Of a DNA stretch of 64,000 nt, positions 40,174-55,000 are shown piece by piece. A model generated the notes under the pieces. It saw only the letters and a list, made by a program, of their open reading frames with translations, searched no databases and was not told the origin of the DNA. The translations under genes and the position numbers were made by a program. This DNA is from Octopus sinensis (Eukaryota). The stretch spans positions 18,054,464 to 18,118,463 of the forward strand of contig NC_043011.1 in the NCBI RefSeq assembly GCF_006345805.1, given 5' to 3'. Positions within the stretch are counted from its first letter, which is position 1. Every line of letters starts with the position of its first letter.

Positions 40174-40240
<67 letters not shown>

Positions 40241-40304
40241 AAACTCACTTGGAAGTGGATGCTTAGCGTTCAATCATATAATAATGTAAATAACATACAC
40301 ACAT

Positions 40305-40377
<73 letters not shown>

Positions 40378-41011
40378 TATATACATACATATACGTACAT
40401 GCATATATATATATATGCTTATGTATGTATATACATATACATATATGGACACTGGACGTTATAGAACGTAAGCAACCTGATATACGAAAACCTGGAATAC
40501 GAACATTTAGGGGGAATAACGAAATAAATAAATAAAAAACAAGATAAGCAGCATGAAGAACGAACATTTGGCGTTTGTCAGTGGTTTTCTACTCCGTTTT
40601 TTGCGCAATTCAAGACAAGATGCGTCTTCGACAAAACAGTTTCTCCCGCAAAGTAAATTAAATAAAATTTGGGATTTGGCATAGGGAGAAATATGGTAGC
40701 AAAAACAGGACTGTGAAACAAACATAAAGGGCTGCTAAGCCTTAAGTAGATGGGGAGCAGAACGCCGGAGGAACAAGCTTTGACAGGAAACGGACAAGAA
40801 GGCATCTGATCGGAAGGATAAAAAGAAACTCAAGTTAGAAGAAAGATGGCCGATGGCCGTTTACGTTCTATGACGTCGTGTACCTATATATACTTATGTA
40901 TATACATATATGTAGATCAACATATATACATATGTATATATGCATATATATTTTATTCATATTATTATATACATACATATGTATATGCACCTCCACATAT
41001 ATATATATGTA

Positions 41012-41071
<60 letters not shown>

Positions 41072-41086
41072 TATATATATTATATA

Positions 41087-41149
<63 letters not shown>

Positions 41150-41757
41150 GCACCCTCCAACACACATATAAACATATTTGTGAGTGTGTGTGCGCACATA
41201 CACTTATATAATTAAGAATTTGTTTTATAGGCCGGCAACTTCCCTGCCCATAAATAATAACTCTTGCTTCTACGAAAGGTTTCACTCCAAATTCTTGCCT
41301 TTTGTAACTGGTGACATGCTGACTGCATGTTCGCCAAATATATTCAAATTTGAGAAAACTTAACCTTCTACACAAGCAACATTGCACGTGAACATTCATG
41401 TATGCACGTACATGTTTTAGTACGAATGCATATATATATATATACATACAATTGTATGCAGATGCATGTTTAAGTCTATTTGTAATATGTGTGCATAAAT
41501 ATGTCGTGTATTAATAGTTGTGTATGTATAATCGCATGATAATATTTACAGGTATACATTTATATATATATATATTGGAGGTTATGAGAGGTAATGGTGT
41601 CAGTAAGACCCGGAGGTGCCAGGTAATGCTGAGCAAGTGCTATGTATAGACTATAGTTAAGTTCCAGATTCGGTGATTATGCGAATAAGGAGTCCAACGT
41701 AGATCATATATCAGCGTGTGTATATATAATATTTTTTTTAGAAAGAGACAAAAGACC

Positions 41758-42190
41758 AAGGCTGTGAAGATTTTAGAACATTTATAAATAGAAGGTCTTA
41801 CAGCTGTTTCCAGGATATTTATTATATCTCTTCATCGGAGATGGTGTGAGAAAATAGTTACGTAATAATTAATTTAGATAACATACGAAGAAGAGAGTCA
41901 AGTGGAGGAATGAAAATAGATGTGAGAGATGTGAGATGCTATGAGATTTTACTCACAAGGTACTGGAATCATATGTATGCCATTCTGCCTAAATAATGGA
42001 TCTACAAATGTAATATCCCTGCATATCTCACATCTATTTTCATTCCCCCACTTCACGCTCTATTTCGCATATTATCTAAACTATTGCGTAACCATTTTTT
42101 CACACCGTCTCCGATATGAAGGGATATCATAAATATCCAGGAAACAGCTGTAAGACCTATTTATACATCTTCTAAAATCTTCACAGCCTT
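41758..42190. repeat. Foldback element (~190-bp imperfect arms), each arm carrying a hammerhead-like motif
   Basis: AAGGCTGTGAAGATTTTAGAA...GGTCTTACAGCTGTTTCCAGGATAT is mirrored by ATATCCAGGAAACAGCTGTAAGACC...TTCTAAAATCTTCACAGCCTT. Confidence 0.85.
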
Positions 42191-42740
42191 CGCATTTTTT
42201 ATCTCATTCTGAAAAAAAATGTTAACTATATATATATATATACATGCTTGCATGTATGTATGAATACATGTATAAATGTATGTATGCAAACAGAATACGA
42301 TGCAAATATATTTCTATTTGTATACAGTGGTAGAAACACCCTTAGTAATACGCATGTTTTAAGTTTAAAGGCAGATAAGGAGATATTTATGGCTGTATTT
42401 TCGAATAAGTTAAGTAAAGTGAAATTTCATAAATATTTTTTGGCAGAAATTTCGTACGTGAAGGAAAAAATATATATATATAATTTTGAGTAAACTGAGA
42501 AAGGAGAAATGGAATACACACTGTAGAATATAAAGGTATATCACAAGTCAGACAAACGAAATGTTAACTCAAATTCAGAATGACATAATGATATAACTTA
42601 AAAGCTTCTATGCGCTCTAAACCTACTATATAAATGAGGATGGTACTCAAAATCGAAATTACATATATGTCACCGCCCATTATCTGTATACATGTATATA
42701 TCTGTATACAAGTATATACATGTATATATCTGTATAGATG

Positions 42741-42774
<34 letters not shown>

Positions 42775-43042
42775 GGTGTGTGTGTGTGTATGTGTGTGTG
42801 AGTGTGTGTGTGTGCATGTGTGTGTATGTGTGTGTGTAATAAATCCAGAACAACGAAGAACAAACACAAAAACAACACGACAACATGGTACACTTGAAAT
42901 ATTAGCAGATGATCAGGGAAGGAAGTTCCTAAGTCGCGGAATACGTCATTTCTGCACATTGATTATATATACATACATACACACACACACACACATATAC
43001 GCATACACACACACATATACACATACACACACATACACACAT

Positions 43043-43091
<49 letters not shown>

Positions 43092-43153
43092 CGTATTATA
43101 CACGTATATATATAGAAACATGTATATATATATATATATACATAAATATATTT

Positions 43154-43194
<41 letters not shown>

Positions 43195-43221
43195 CATACA
43201 TATATATATATATATATATAC

Positions 43222-43268
<47 letters not shown>

Positions 43269-44118
43269 TATATATAATACATGCAAATACACATCTATAT
43301 CTACGTGCTCCCATGCAGTGATACGTATATACTTTAACGCACAAATACTCTTACTTGTATAGTCACATATACAAATTCATGCATGTTTATAAACATTGTT
43401 ATGCGTCATATATTTTCCAGTTGCAATAGAATATTTTCACCAAACTTTCATTATTAAAAACTAAATAACACAACAAAAGAATTTTTTCGAAAAAAATATG
43501 CTTGAGAATGTATATAGATAAAAATATCGATCAAAGATCGATAACGCGTCTGAATTCAACTTCAATATACTTACATGAAAGCCTTGTAATTGAAAAAATA
43601 TATAATCAAACGAAAACAAAATTCCTGTTTATTTACCTGCGGCTTTAGATGTATCACATTAAATTCAAACATCACATGTGAATGAAAGAACATTTAGATA
43701 AAAATATGGTTAAATCGGCTGCAGCTACCGAGCGGTGTATAAAGAAGTTTCATAATTGACTAGATCTCATCTTTTAAAGTGGTTGTGGCTCCAGGATATT
43801 ATATAGTCTTTCCGTCTGAGAGACGGTAGTATAGAGGTACCGTTTATCTAATGATGGAGTTATGGGAATTGGTCGAGATATCAGAGTTACCGATATGATG
43901 TTTGTATTATTGAGTTGGACTTCTGCAGACTGCTACGCTATGTGCTTAAGTTATTAAAAGATCTCAAGGTTTCATGTTAAGTATATAGTACAGTATTTCA
44001 ATAACATAAGCATCATACAATACCAATAGAGCCTACTTTTCGCCAGTATATTGGTCTTCGAACTTTGTCCATACTTATATTTAGCAAACATATATATTTA
44101 GCAGGTTGTCTTACTCTT

Positions 44119-44698
44119 TGTTGCGGGCTACCAATATTGTGGAATTGAATATGTGGAGACAAGTCTAAAGGTAACTCAATCTGCGCCATATTGGAGTTCA
44201 TTAAATCGTATACTATTGCAATACTTTGATACCTTCTCTGTATTTATGCCACAGTTATTCATTTCGTTCTCGCTTGTATATTTATAGATTTCCTCGAAAT
44301 AACACTGTTGCGAATAACATCATTTTCTTTTCTATATAATCCTGAAACCATTTGATTCTCGTTCATAATAGCATAAATAGTCTTTTTTTACACGTTGTTT
44401 AATGTTACACACTTATACACGTACGTAAGCTGAGACACACACACACACGCATGCATGTATGCATGTACGCATGTATATGTATGTGTGTATATGCATGTAT
44501 GTGTGTAAATACATATATTGTTAAATATATATATATACGTTTAAATATTTGTTGTGCAAGATTTTTTATGTTGCGGGCTACCAAAATTGTGGAATTGAAT
44601 ATGTGGAGACAAGTCTAAAGGTAACTCAATCTGTGCCATATTGGAGTTCATTAAATCGTATACTATTGCAATACTTTGATACAATCTCTGTATTTATG
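44119..44698. repeat. 130-bp direct duplication (44119-44248 and 44569-44698)
   Basis: TGTTGCGGGCTACCAA...CTCTGTATTTATG at offset 450, with few substitutions. Confidence 0.92.
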
Positions 44699-47082
44699 TA
44701 TATATATATACATTACATGAAAAATACGAGCAAGAGAAATATTCTTAAGATTATAAATCGGTAAAAGTCATTCTATCTGGTAAAGTTCAGATGAAGGAAA
44801 TTTTTACTTGAGACATTGTAGCGAAGGATAAAATTTCGAATAAGATATTTAGATTTAGAAAATATTAGCTTTTATTAAAACTAAAAAAATGATTACAATT
44901 ACTAATTCTAATTCTTATTATTTCTTATGTGTATTAAAAATTAAAAATGTTTTCTGTACTTTGAAAAAATTCATTTTATAAATTATTAATTAATAATTAG
45001 AAACTTTAAAATTGGTTATAAAAATAATAGTAGTACATAATTAGTTATACAATAAATAGAATAATACAAACGTTAGTAATATATTACAGTAAAATCTACC
45101 TATAATATCAAATTCACAGTCAAATTTGTTTTCCTCATTGCAGAGTCTACATTTCTAGTCTTGACCCAATGCCTACTTTTTACATAATGATTTGCCTAGC
45201 ATATATACCATTCTACTTTGAATAAAACTTTTGCTATATTGGATAAATGTGGCGTTCATTTTTTAAGTATACAAGTGTGACAATATTTTAACAAAATGAT
45301 GGATCCTCTTTTAATAATGTTACCTTGTAAATGAAAGTCAAATAATTTTTAATATTCAAAGTTTATCCTTAGCTGCAAAATATTAAGTATAAATTTTCTT
45401 GTTTTTTACATTAACAGATGTAATTGCTTGCCCTGAACTTTTCCAAGTGTAATAACTCTTTCTGCACATATCCAGGTTTATAATCTTAAAATATTATTCC
45501 TCTTGCACGCATTTTCCCACGTAATCCATGTTTTCCCAGGCTATACTATAATGTTAATTGATAATGTGTTAATTAAGAACTTAATATTTAATACCACTTA
45601 TAAAAATAAATAAATAAAAGCTTTTTACGGAATTTCCTGAATGCCGAAAAGTTAGAACGAAAGATTGCCAAAATGGCTAGACTTGCCAAAATTTCTAAAT
45701 AATACTTTAATCTTTTTTCATTTTGATGATATAATCACATTAATTAATTAATACAGATGTCGTAATTAAACTAATTGCAAATTAGCAATGTCGTTGATAA
45801 TTTTTCCTTACCTCAAAGATGCCGGTGGCATATTTTAAAAGTCACTTTATAGAACTATATTCATAAAACAGTATAGAACTATATTATTACCCTCAAATTT
45901 TAGAAACAATGACTCGTATTTCTTTTCATGTAAGACTTCATTGTATGAGATTGATACTATGAAATTCCCCGGGTAAAATTTTATCATTTAAGCGTGATTA
46001 AAATATAGTCTATTTTTAAAATGAAAAAAAAATTAATTATGCTTTAATCTAATTTTTGGCCTTACCTATATTATTTTCATGATAATTTACCTCACGACTT
46101 TTTTTATATATCTTTTTGTTGAATGAGACTAAAACTATGGAATTCCACATGCTTTCTTCTATCATTGAAGCTAAGATAAGTATATTCAGCTTTTAAAATA
46201 ATAAAAAAGGTCTTACTTAGTCTCCTATAATGTTACTAAAGTTTTTCTACTGGGCAACATCTCAATATTACGTATGCCAAACTGTATCTAGGGACTAATC
46301 CACTTCAAAAATATTAACAATTTTCAATTGGTTAAGAACTGAATTACTGACAAAGTTATGAAAATGCTGCGTGTGAGTAAATTGTGTCCTCTTAAGACTA
46401 TTATTCAACTACTACCGTAGTTGACTGATATATGCATGTGTATATATGAATAAAGGACAGTTTTAGACAGTGTAGCTGTAGATAAGCTGCACTGAAAGCA
46501 ATAGTTGATCGTCACGTCAAGTGAATGAATTGATGGAATCCTAAAACAGCACATATATGAACACTGGCATTGGGGGAAAAGTAAAACTACAGTATGAGTG
46601 ACGATGTTAGCAGAGTATTCGTTTTAAAATAAGCAACTTATGTGAGGCAATGTTTCTCGGTGTAAATCTCCTGTAGTAGTTATTCATCCATTTGAATATT
46701 ACATAACGTAAACATTTTCCACAATTTTTTTTTCACTTCGGTTTACAAATACATGAAAATTGGCACATATATCTCTTACTACGCCCATAAATCAAAGGTG
46801 ACAACTACCATCAACACAACTGCAGCTATTAGTGTTATCACTCCTGCCTCCAAAGCTTGTACCAATTTTTATAAACCGGCCATCGCTACCAATTAGCAAC
46901 AGCTTGAGGTATACAAAATACTACTCGTTGTGAGATTTATAAGAAAAATATATATTCCATTGTGACATTAGTATAGTTGAATTTATATTTATTTGAACCG
47001 TTTTCCCAATCCATCTTGAAAGTGGCACATATTTACTATCTATTTCAAGTTGTCTAATTATTTATCTCCTCTTATTCGTTCG

Positions 47083-47530
47083 TGGAGGCGGAATGGCCCA
47101 GTGGTTAGGACAGCGGACTCGCGGTTGTAGGGTCGCGGTTTCGATTCCCAGATCGGGCATTGTGAGTGTTTATTAAGCGAAAACGCCTAAAGCTCCGTGA
47201 GGCTCCGGTTGGTGGTGAACGCTGCTGTACTCTTTCACGACAACTTTCTCTCACTCTTTCTTCCTGTTTCTGTTGTACCTTTATTTCAAAGGACCAGCCT
47301 TGTCACTCTCTGTGTCACGCTGAATCTCCCCTAGATCTACGTTAAGGGTACACGTGTCTGTGGGTTGTTCAACAATTTGCACGTTAATAAATGAGCTGCG
47401 ATGTCACTAGTCCCAAGCTGTATTGGCCTTTCCCTTTCCCTTAGACAACGTCGGTGGCGTGTAGAGGGAAGGCTGGTATACGTGGGCGACTGTTGGTCTT
47501 CAATAAACAACCTTGCCCAGATTGTACCTA
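47083..47530 (+). mobile_element. tRNA-derived SINE
   Basis: A box TGGCCCAGTGG and B box GGTTTCGATTCC; body related to 20534-20810. Confidence 0.85.
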
Positions 47531-47753
47531 TACTTATATATATATATATATGTGTGTCTGTGTCAATATCCTGCGATAATATATGAATTTACCACTTTCT
47601 CGAAAGTGTTGGATGAGGGTCTCATAGGACTTTGTAGTGTATCTTGTAAACTGGAACCAACTATTTATCTATAGAAAAAGGAAAGGTCCAACGAATGGAA
47701 GACGGTGAAAGAAAATCGCAAACGACACACACGCACACACATAGATGTATGAA

Positions 47754-47820
<67 letters not shown>

Positions 47821-47840
47821 ATTGTATCGCATTTATCTTT

Positions 47841-47893
<53 letters not shown>

Positions 47894-48106
47894 ATAATAT
47901 ATACACATATACATATACATACATGTATGTATATATAATATATATATATATATACGTACGTATGTATAAGTATATATAAATATTTGTGGATATATAATTA
48001 TATAAGTATATATTAGTATAAATTGTTACCTATGTAGTTTTATTACACACTGGCTACTTCATAAATATCTTCAAATTGGTTTTATCCTTAATTGTGTATG
48101 TATATT

Positions 48107-48211
<105 letters not shown>

Positions 48212-49353
48212 TATGTGTATGTATGTATATATATAGGTATGTATGTATATATACTCGCATGATATTATTTTTAATAGTCTAAGTGTGTCTAGATAATATA
48301 ATTTTGCTGATTATCTATCATTGTTTTCAGAAGCTGCTTTGCCTTTTACAATTCCGATAGTTAATTGGAAATATAACGAGTGTCGATTACATCGGCGGCA
48401 GCGGTGCTTGGCCTCAGCTCAATAAATGAAACCAGTATACGGTTGCGAAACGAAGGTTTGAGCATAGTATCTGTTTACTTACAATTGCGGCTCATGTGAA
48501 GCACTTGCAATTTCACGCTAATAAAATATGATGTGCCATGTGTTGAATGCTTGAGTCTTTTGCTCGAAGCCACGTATACGAGCTAACTCTGTCGAAACGA
48601 AACAATTTACTATTAGGGGGGAGGGGCAATAAAATGCTTATGAGTCACATTCGGGCAGAGGGAATCTGCGTGGATATACGTAGGAAGAATTTTTTATTTA
48701 AATTGCCAGCTTCTTCACGTACCGTGTCACATTGATTTTGCCTCGAGATTATATTATTGGTGCACATCTATATAGATAGCAAAGCTATTTAAATGCAATA
48801 AGCACATGGACAATACTTTCAATTCGTATCTCATGGTTAGAAACGTGAAGATTTCCATTCTGATAATAATGCAACTGTGTCAAAAATAATACTAACAGAA
48901 TAGTGCCGAAAATTTATACTTTGCTTTTGTATCGGCTAAAGTAGACATTTGATGTTTGAGTTTGATTAAATGTAAAACATCCGCTTGAAAAGTGTCCTAA
49001 TAACTCAGAACTTTCTCACTCAAAAATTAATTTCTAATTACTTTCAAGTTTAGTAATTTACCAACAGACACTAAAATAAACGCCTGAATATATAACATCT
49101 CTATTCGATGACCAGTGTCAACATCAGTTGTTATAATTTAAGCCAATATTGCAATGAAAATCACTCACAAAATATCTTTGACTCCGTTTTCTATTAATAT
49201 TTTACTGGTCATTTTTTTTGGGTGTTTTAATTTTGTTCCGTTTTTTTTTTACATTTCATATTCTAGAGTTTGCAGCAGCAGTCGCTGTGATAATCTATTT
49301 ATTCATATGGACACTATGACCTCCAGCGTTACCTTCAATACCAACAACATAAC

Positions 49354-49388
<35 letters not shown>

Positions 49389-51129
49389 CCATTATCATCA
49401 TTAACGTCTTAGTCATCATCGTCGTCGTCGTTAGCAACGGCAACAGCAACACCGCCTCCATCGTCAATAATGTTATTATTTTATTTTTAATATCATAATA
49501 ATTTACATTGAAAAGTCTTGTATGACAACTCTCCATGGTCGTAAATAATTGAAGCGATTGTTTTAGAAAACGAATCTCGCATGATGCAGCGCTTGACAAC
49601 AGCATTAATAATGGTTTTTCACGATTTTTTCATAGGTTCTGTTTTCCGACATCACAATAACATTAGTAAAGTAACTGTTTTCTCGTATATTGAACTTCTA
49701 CCCATCACTCCACAGGAAAACATGATAAACTATAGCTGCATAACCAACACATGTTCTTATACAACTATTGTATTTCTTCCTCATAAACCGCAATCATACA
49801 ACATGAAAAAGTATCCATGTGATAGAGTGCTTCACTAAACAGAATGTATTGTTTGATATTGTTCAGCGAATGGCTGCGTAAATTATTCTGTTTTAAGTTG
49901 TTTTACTCTCTTACATCCTTATTCACAAATATTCCCATTATGAATTGTGATTCATATAATGGTACACAAAAACATATCGTCGTAAGTGTATACATACATG
50001 CATACACACATACATACAATCATACAGATTGAAAGACACACTATGTCAATTTTTATACACTTCGTATCCGAAGCACGGGCGCGAATCGTCATGATTTCAA
50101 TCAATTCTACTGTCATCGTGAAGTGAAAGGAAGGAAAAATATTACACGTAGGCACATGTATTAATTTAACTAGTCAATAAATCGTTTATAGTAAGCAGGC
50201 AATAGTTATAATACACACAAATACTGATGATATATATATATATATATATAGTGAAAAAGAATTTCGTTGAAGAGTTTTACCCACGTGGTGAGTTGCAGTG
50301 AAAAGATATATAATGACGTAAGAAGAATGCACACAATTTATGTATTTTCAATACATTTTAAAGGATAGAATATTATGAGATTCTACCAGTTTCGCAAATC
50401 ATGTCCTTGAAATTGGTGAAAATATTGTTATTTCCTATATTTTCTGAAGGGGCTTTTATTTGAAGTTGCGTGTATAAGAGATTGTTTGTAAATGAAGCAA
50501 CACGTAGAAAAAAAGTTAAGGGGAGATTATTGTTGATCCCTATTATACGAGACAGGGGATGTAATTTCACTTTTTGTGGAGTACAATTTTGGCGAATGGT
50601 AGATATGTACTACTCATATTACAATGTTATAATATTATGCGTTAAATAGTGAAATTAAATATGTACAGTTCTGGACATCATTTCATAAATTAAAATGTAT
50701 ACAAACGACAAAAATATGATTGTGCATCCATACACATGCGTGGTTTATAATTTTTACTTTATTCGTTCTTGTCTCCTTGCACTGGTAGATGGGGAAATCA
50801 GTGAAATTTGGTTGGAGATTCCTTGCACATCTCTGTATGTGTTCACTCAATGGTATCACTCTATACCTTGGGAAACGAATGTGTTACTTATGAAGTGTAG
50901 TTCTCCGTTTAAGTGTCATCCATGTTTGGCCTATGTAGTCCACTCCACAATCTGAACAAGTTATCAAATAAAGTTAATTTTCAGGTACACATGTGAATTT
51001 GGTGTTATTTGTGAATCTCTATACTTGTTTAGAGTGGAATTACGAACATTCCTGCAGATTGGGGCATGTTCTACAATTTGGACGTCCGCTTTTTTAACTT
51101 TTGGTTTCGATGTTGTTGGTTACAACCTC

Positions 51130-51693
51130 AGGCACGACAAGGTCGCCCAAAACCTTCACTGGCTACTATGCTGGAAGTATTGATACAAGATGACAGAGGA
51201 TTGGTCCGACATACACCGGGAAAGATAATGGACGAAAAGGAGAAGGCAAGAATCCTCTGGGGCTTTGACTTGCATACAGACCGGAGGTCCGAACATAGTA
51301 AGCTTTATGACGAACAAACAAGAGTGCCCAATAATCGATGTGGCAGTGCCAGGAGATCAATATATATTGAAAGAAAGAGAAAAGATTGATAAATGCGGAG
51401 ACCTCAGAATTCAGATCGGTAAGATGTGGCGGCTACGTTAGTTGTTTGCCCCTGTTGACATCGGAGCATTGGATTCAGTACAATCCAAACTGAAAAAAAA
51501 CATCAGGAAATTTTAGAAGTACTCTCCAATCTCGATGTATTTCAAAGATCGGCATTACTTGGAACTGTACACCCATTGCATAAAGTACTGTGTGGTGTCC
51601 TTATGACTTCATAGACAGTTCAAACCCCCCGGTAGACACAATATATTCATCAGCACTTCGCGATATTGGATACTGTATGACGTCTTAACTACA

Positions 51694-51741
<48 letters not shown>
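51130..51741 (+). mobile_element. R4/Dong-type LINE 3' end (restriction-like endonuclease), decayed, with (CTA)n tail
   Basis: RHDKVAQNLHWLLCWKY..RILWGFDLHTDRR..IIDVAVPGD..KEREKIDKCGDLRIQIGKMW..IGAL..QRSALLGT; tail at 51695-51741. Confidence 0.88.
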
Positions 51742-51742
<1 letters not shown>

Positions 51743-51829
51743 ATGGTAGTAGTCAGAATATCAATATTGTTTCAATTTCAACGTAATTGTACCATAAACA
51801 GACTGTACGAAAATTTAAAGTTAATATTG

Positions 51830-51960
51830 ATTTCCAAATTTGGCGCAAGACAACCAATTTCTGGAAGGAGGATTTGTCGATTAAATCGAGCCTAGTACTC
51901 AGAGATTATTTTATCGATTTGGAAAAGATGAAAGGCAAAGTCGACCTCGGTGAAACGTTT
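51830..51960 (-). mobile_element. SINE fragment (family of 11830-12208)
   Basis: GATGAAAGGCAAAGTCGACCTCGG core. Confidence 0.7.
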
Positions 51961-52294
51961 AAGAGTAATATAAAAATTCGTCCTCTGTAGGAGAATAGAT
52001 TATATAGCATCTGATGCTTTCCAACATATGCCTACAGCCGATGACTGATTGATTAAAAGGTTTCTGTGAATAAGACCTGTGAATGCCAATTCTGATGTTT
52101 TTATCACCAATCCTTGACGACTAAGACGTATACTGAATGGCTATAATACAGCGTGTACGACGCAACCAGCTAGAGCATATCGGAGAGTATTTAAGGGACA
52201 AATTCATTCATTTGCCTATAGTTATTAATCTCAAAATAACGCTACTGCATATAACCTGAAAGTTGCAGAAGGCATGAGAATATCTATATTATAA

Positions 52295-52653
52295 GTAGCA
52301 CTATGACCCGGCGTTGCCGGGTCATAGTGCTAGAGCATGCATATACAGCTGCGTGCGTGCGCACATACACGCGAGTACAGTCCAAATCTTCGACCAATCA
52401 CATACAGCTAGCTGGCATTCAATTGGTGTATAAAATTTCGGGCATTTTGATTGGGTTTTGGATAGAAAGTTCACAAAAACTCACTTCTATTGATTCTTTA
52501 ATGGCTTTGCAGGGTGACTGGGGAAATGTAGAGATGTGCGCGACCACGCTTGAACGGTTTTAAATGACCATAGAATGTGCGATCCCTCTAACTGAAAAGT
52601 TGTGGATTTGTATAAAGGACACACACACAGACATTTTGCCGTTTATACATAGA
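52295..52653 (-). mobile_element. Non-autonomous Helitron-like element
   Basis: Minus strand begins A|TC (TCTATGTATAAA) and ends near CTA(C/G)|T with a subterminal GC-rich hairpin TAGCACTATGACCCGGC-GTT-GCCGGGTCATAGTGCTA (52296-52332). Confidence 0.65.
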
Positions 52654-53019
52654 TATCAGACTATTTTAGAATGTTATTGACACCACGGTGGTGCATGACA
52701 GGGATGAAATGAGTAAAAAAGTAAATGAGTAATATATTTACCTATGCACTGGCATATACACTCTGATGTGTGTGTGTGTTTGTGCGTGTGTGCGTGTGCT
52801 CGCGCGCGCGTATTATCAGTGCCAGCAGATTTATATCATAAACATATTTTTAATTACAAGCCGAGAGCAAACTCAGCGAATTTTATATTTGTATTATATT
52901 TTTACGCTTTATAATCCCCTTACAATAGACATTGAGGGTAATTTTTTCTCCCAAATTTCAGGTGTGAATTTAGATAACTGCAGTCGAATATAGATATGAT
53001 TAACCGTTTACACAGTCAA

Positions 53020-53135
53020 CCTACAAGTCTCTGGTCGAAGCTATTGTAGAGAATACATGCCCAAGATGCCACGTAGTTGGACTGAACCCAAAATAATGTG
53101 GATGGGAAGCAAGTGTTTTTACTACACAGCTACGA
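53020..53135 (-). mobile_element. SINE head fragment (family of 55001-55405)
   Basis: TGCCCAAGATGCCACG..GGACTGAACCC..TACTACACAGC matches 55320-55390. Confidence 0.75.
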
Positions 53136-54806
53136 CTTTACGTCTGCATGCTTCTTAAATTTGAGTGTGCACTAATGTTAAAAATCCAATTATAGAATAT
53201 TTTCTCTTATATATGATTTACGTTCTTCACCTTCCATTCCTGGTAATATAAGTTTGATGCTACATTGCGTCCTTTCTCTAATCTGAAGTTTAAAATGTTA
53301 ATTTGTTTTTCCTGCCGTAATTTTAGTCCTTTTGTTTCCCTTCGTGTGAATATTTTGCACATATATCGTATTTATAAAATTAAACGATAAAATTGATCCC
53401 TATAAATCCACGTTGAAGTGCTGTGGTTTTATGTATAATAAAACAGTTAAGTTCATGGGGGGTGCGACTTTTCTTTCATCTTTGCTTCTTAATTTGCAAA
53501 TTGTATTAGCAGTTAATGTCTTCAAGGACTGCGATTTCTTACTTATCAGAATATGTTCTTTGTTTCTTTAGATCTCTCGTTTTATTTCTATAAACGAAGT
53601 ATACACTTAATAGATTTTAGAATGTACAAAAGAGTGATTTATAGCAGAATGCAAATATTTTAAAACATTAAATCGGGAAGCAACAAGTAATGAATTTATA
53701 ATTTTACAAAAGATCCAATACCAAGAACCAACACACATGCACCACAAAAACTATATTTTACGACCCAAATGCATTTCACTATAAAATATATCAATGTTTC
53801 TCAAATAACAGCACGAAATGCACTTCAAAAATATCATAACCATGCATTAATAATTATACGGAACATGAAGTATAAAAACAGTTAACTTCAAACCACACAA
53901 GTAAGCGAGAAACAGTCAAGCCACTTGCTATCAGATTACTAATATAATTTAACAGTCCCTGTGCAGAGATGAACGTTGTAAGTTTAAGGAATTGCATTGG
54001 AGATATAACTATAGCACGTTCTTCTTGGCTGGCCAACTGTGCCCAGCACTGATCCAAGGGAATGCATTGTATCGCAGAACAGTAGCCAAAACTTAATAGA
54101 AAAGTCTTCGTTGATAAGGCACGTATAGTTTATAGAATGTTCCGAAGGAGTGTAATTGGATCAGAGAAGCTATAGTACATCCTAACTCAAATTGAAAACA
54201 AGAGTATATGCATAAATATGTGTGTGTGTGTCTTTGTATGTTTGTGCTTGTGTGTGTGATTGTGTATTTTTATATGTATATATATATATATACATACATA
54301 TATATATATATATGCATAAACACATATAACTCTGTGTGTTTGAGTATTTGTATACACACACGCATATATACGTATATATTTATATATAGGTGAGAGCATA
54401 TATTTATAATATGTATATATATATATATATATACAAGTATGTATATATATATACACACACATACAAATATATATGCATATATACACTTATAGATTCACAC
54501 ACACATACACATATATATATATATATTTATATATATACACGTATGCATGTATACATGCGAGTGCATGTGTTTGCATAAATTGCTGTAGATAAGTCCATGG
54601 CCTCATGCAGACGCATACATACGAGTGTGGATGAGTGAGGGTGTGTGATAGTTCTTGTCTGCATATGTCTATGTGTTGGTGGGCACTTAGATTTCCTTGT
54701 CATTGTATACTGTAAATCTGCTCTTTTAATATATAAATATCCCTATATATACACATGAATGACCCTCCTTTGAATATTTTCAGTCTTTCCCTATATTTTC
54801 AAGTAC

Positions 54807-54987
<181 letters not shown>

Positions 54988-55000
54988 CTCTTACTATTTT

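Noticed and set aside
45418-45475. Exon-like segment that would read DVIACPELSKCNNSFCTYPG
   Set aside because: Requires deleting one T; as given, all three frames contain stops
47083-47160. tRNA gene
   Set aside because: A/B boxes are present, but there is no intact cloverleaf and it continues into a SINE body shared with 20534-20810
53990-54070. IP-GSVLG-like RT motif on the minus strand
   Set aside because: Only a few residues match and a frameshift is needed; not supportable
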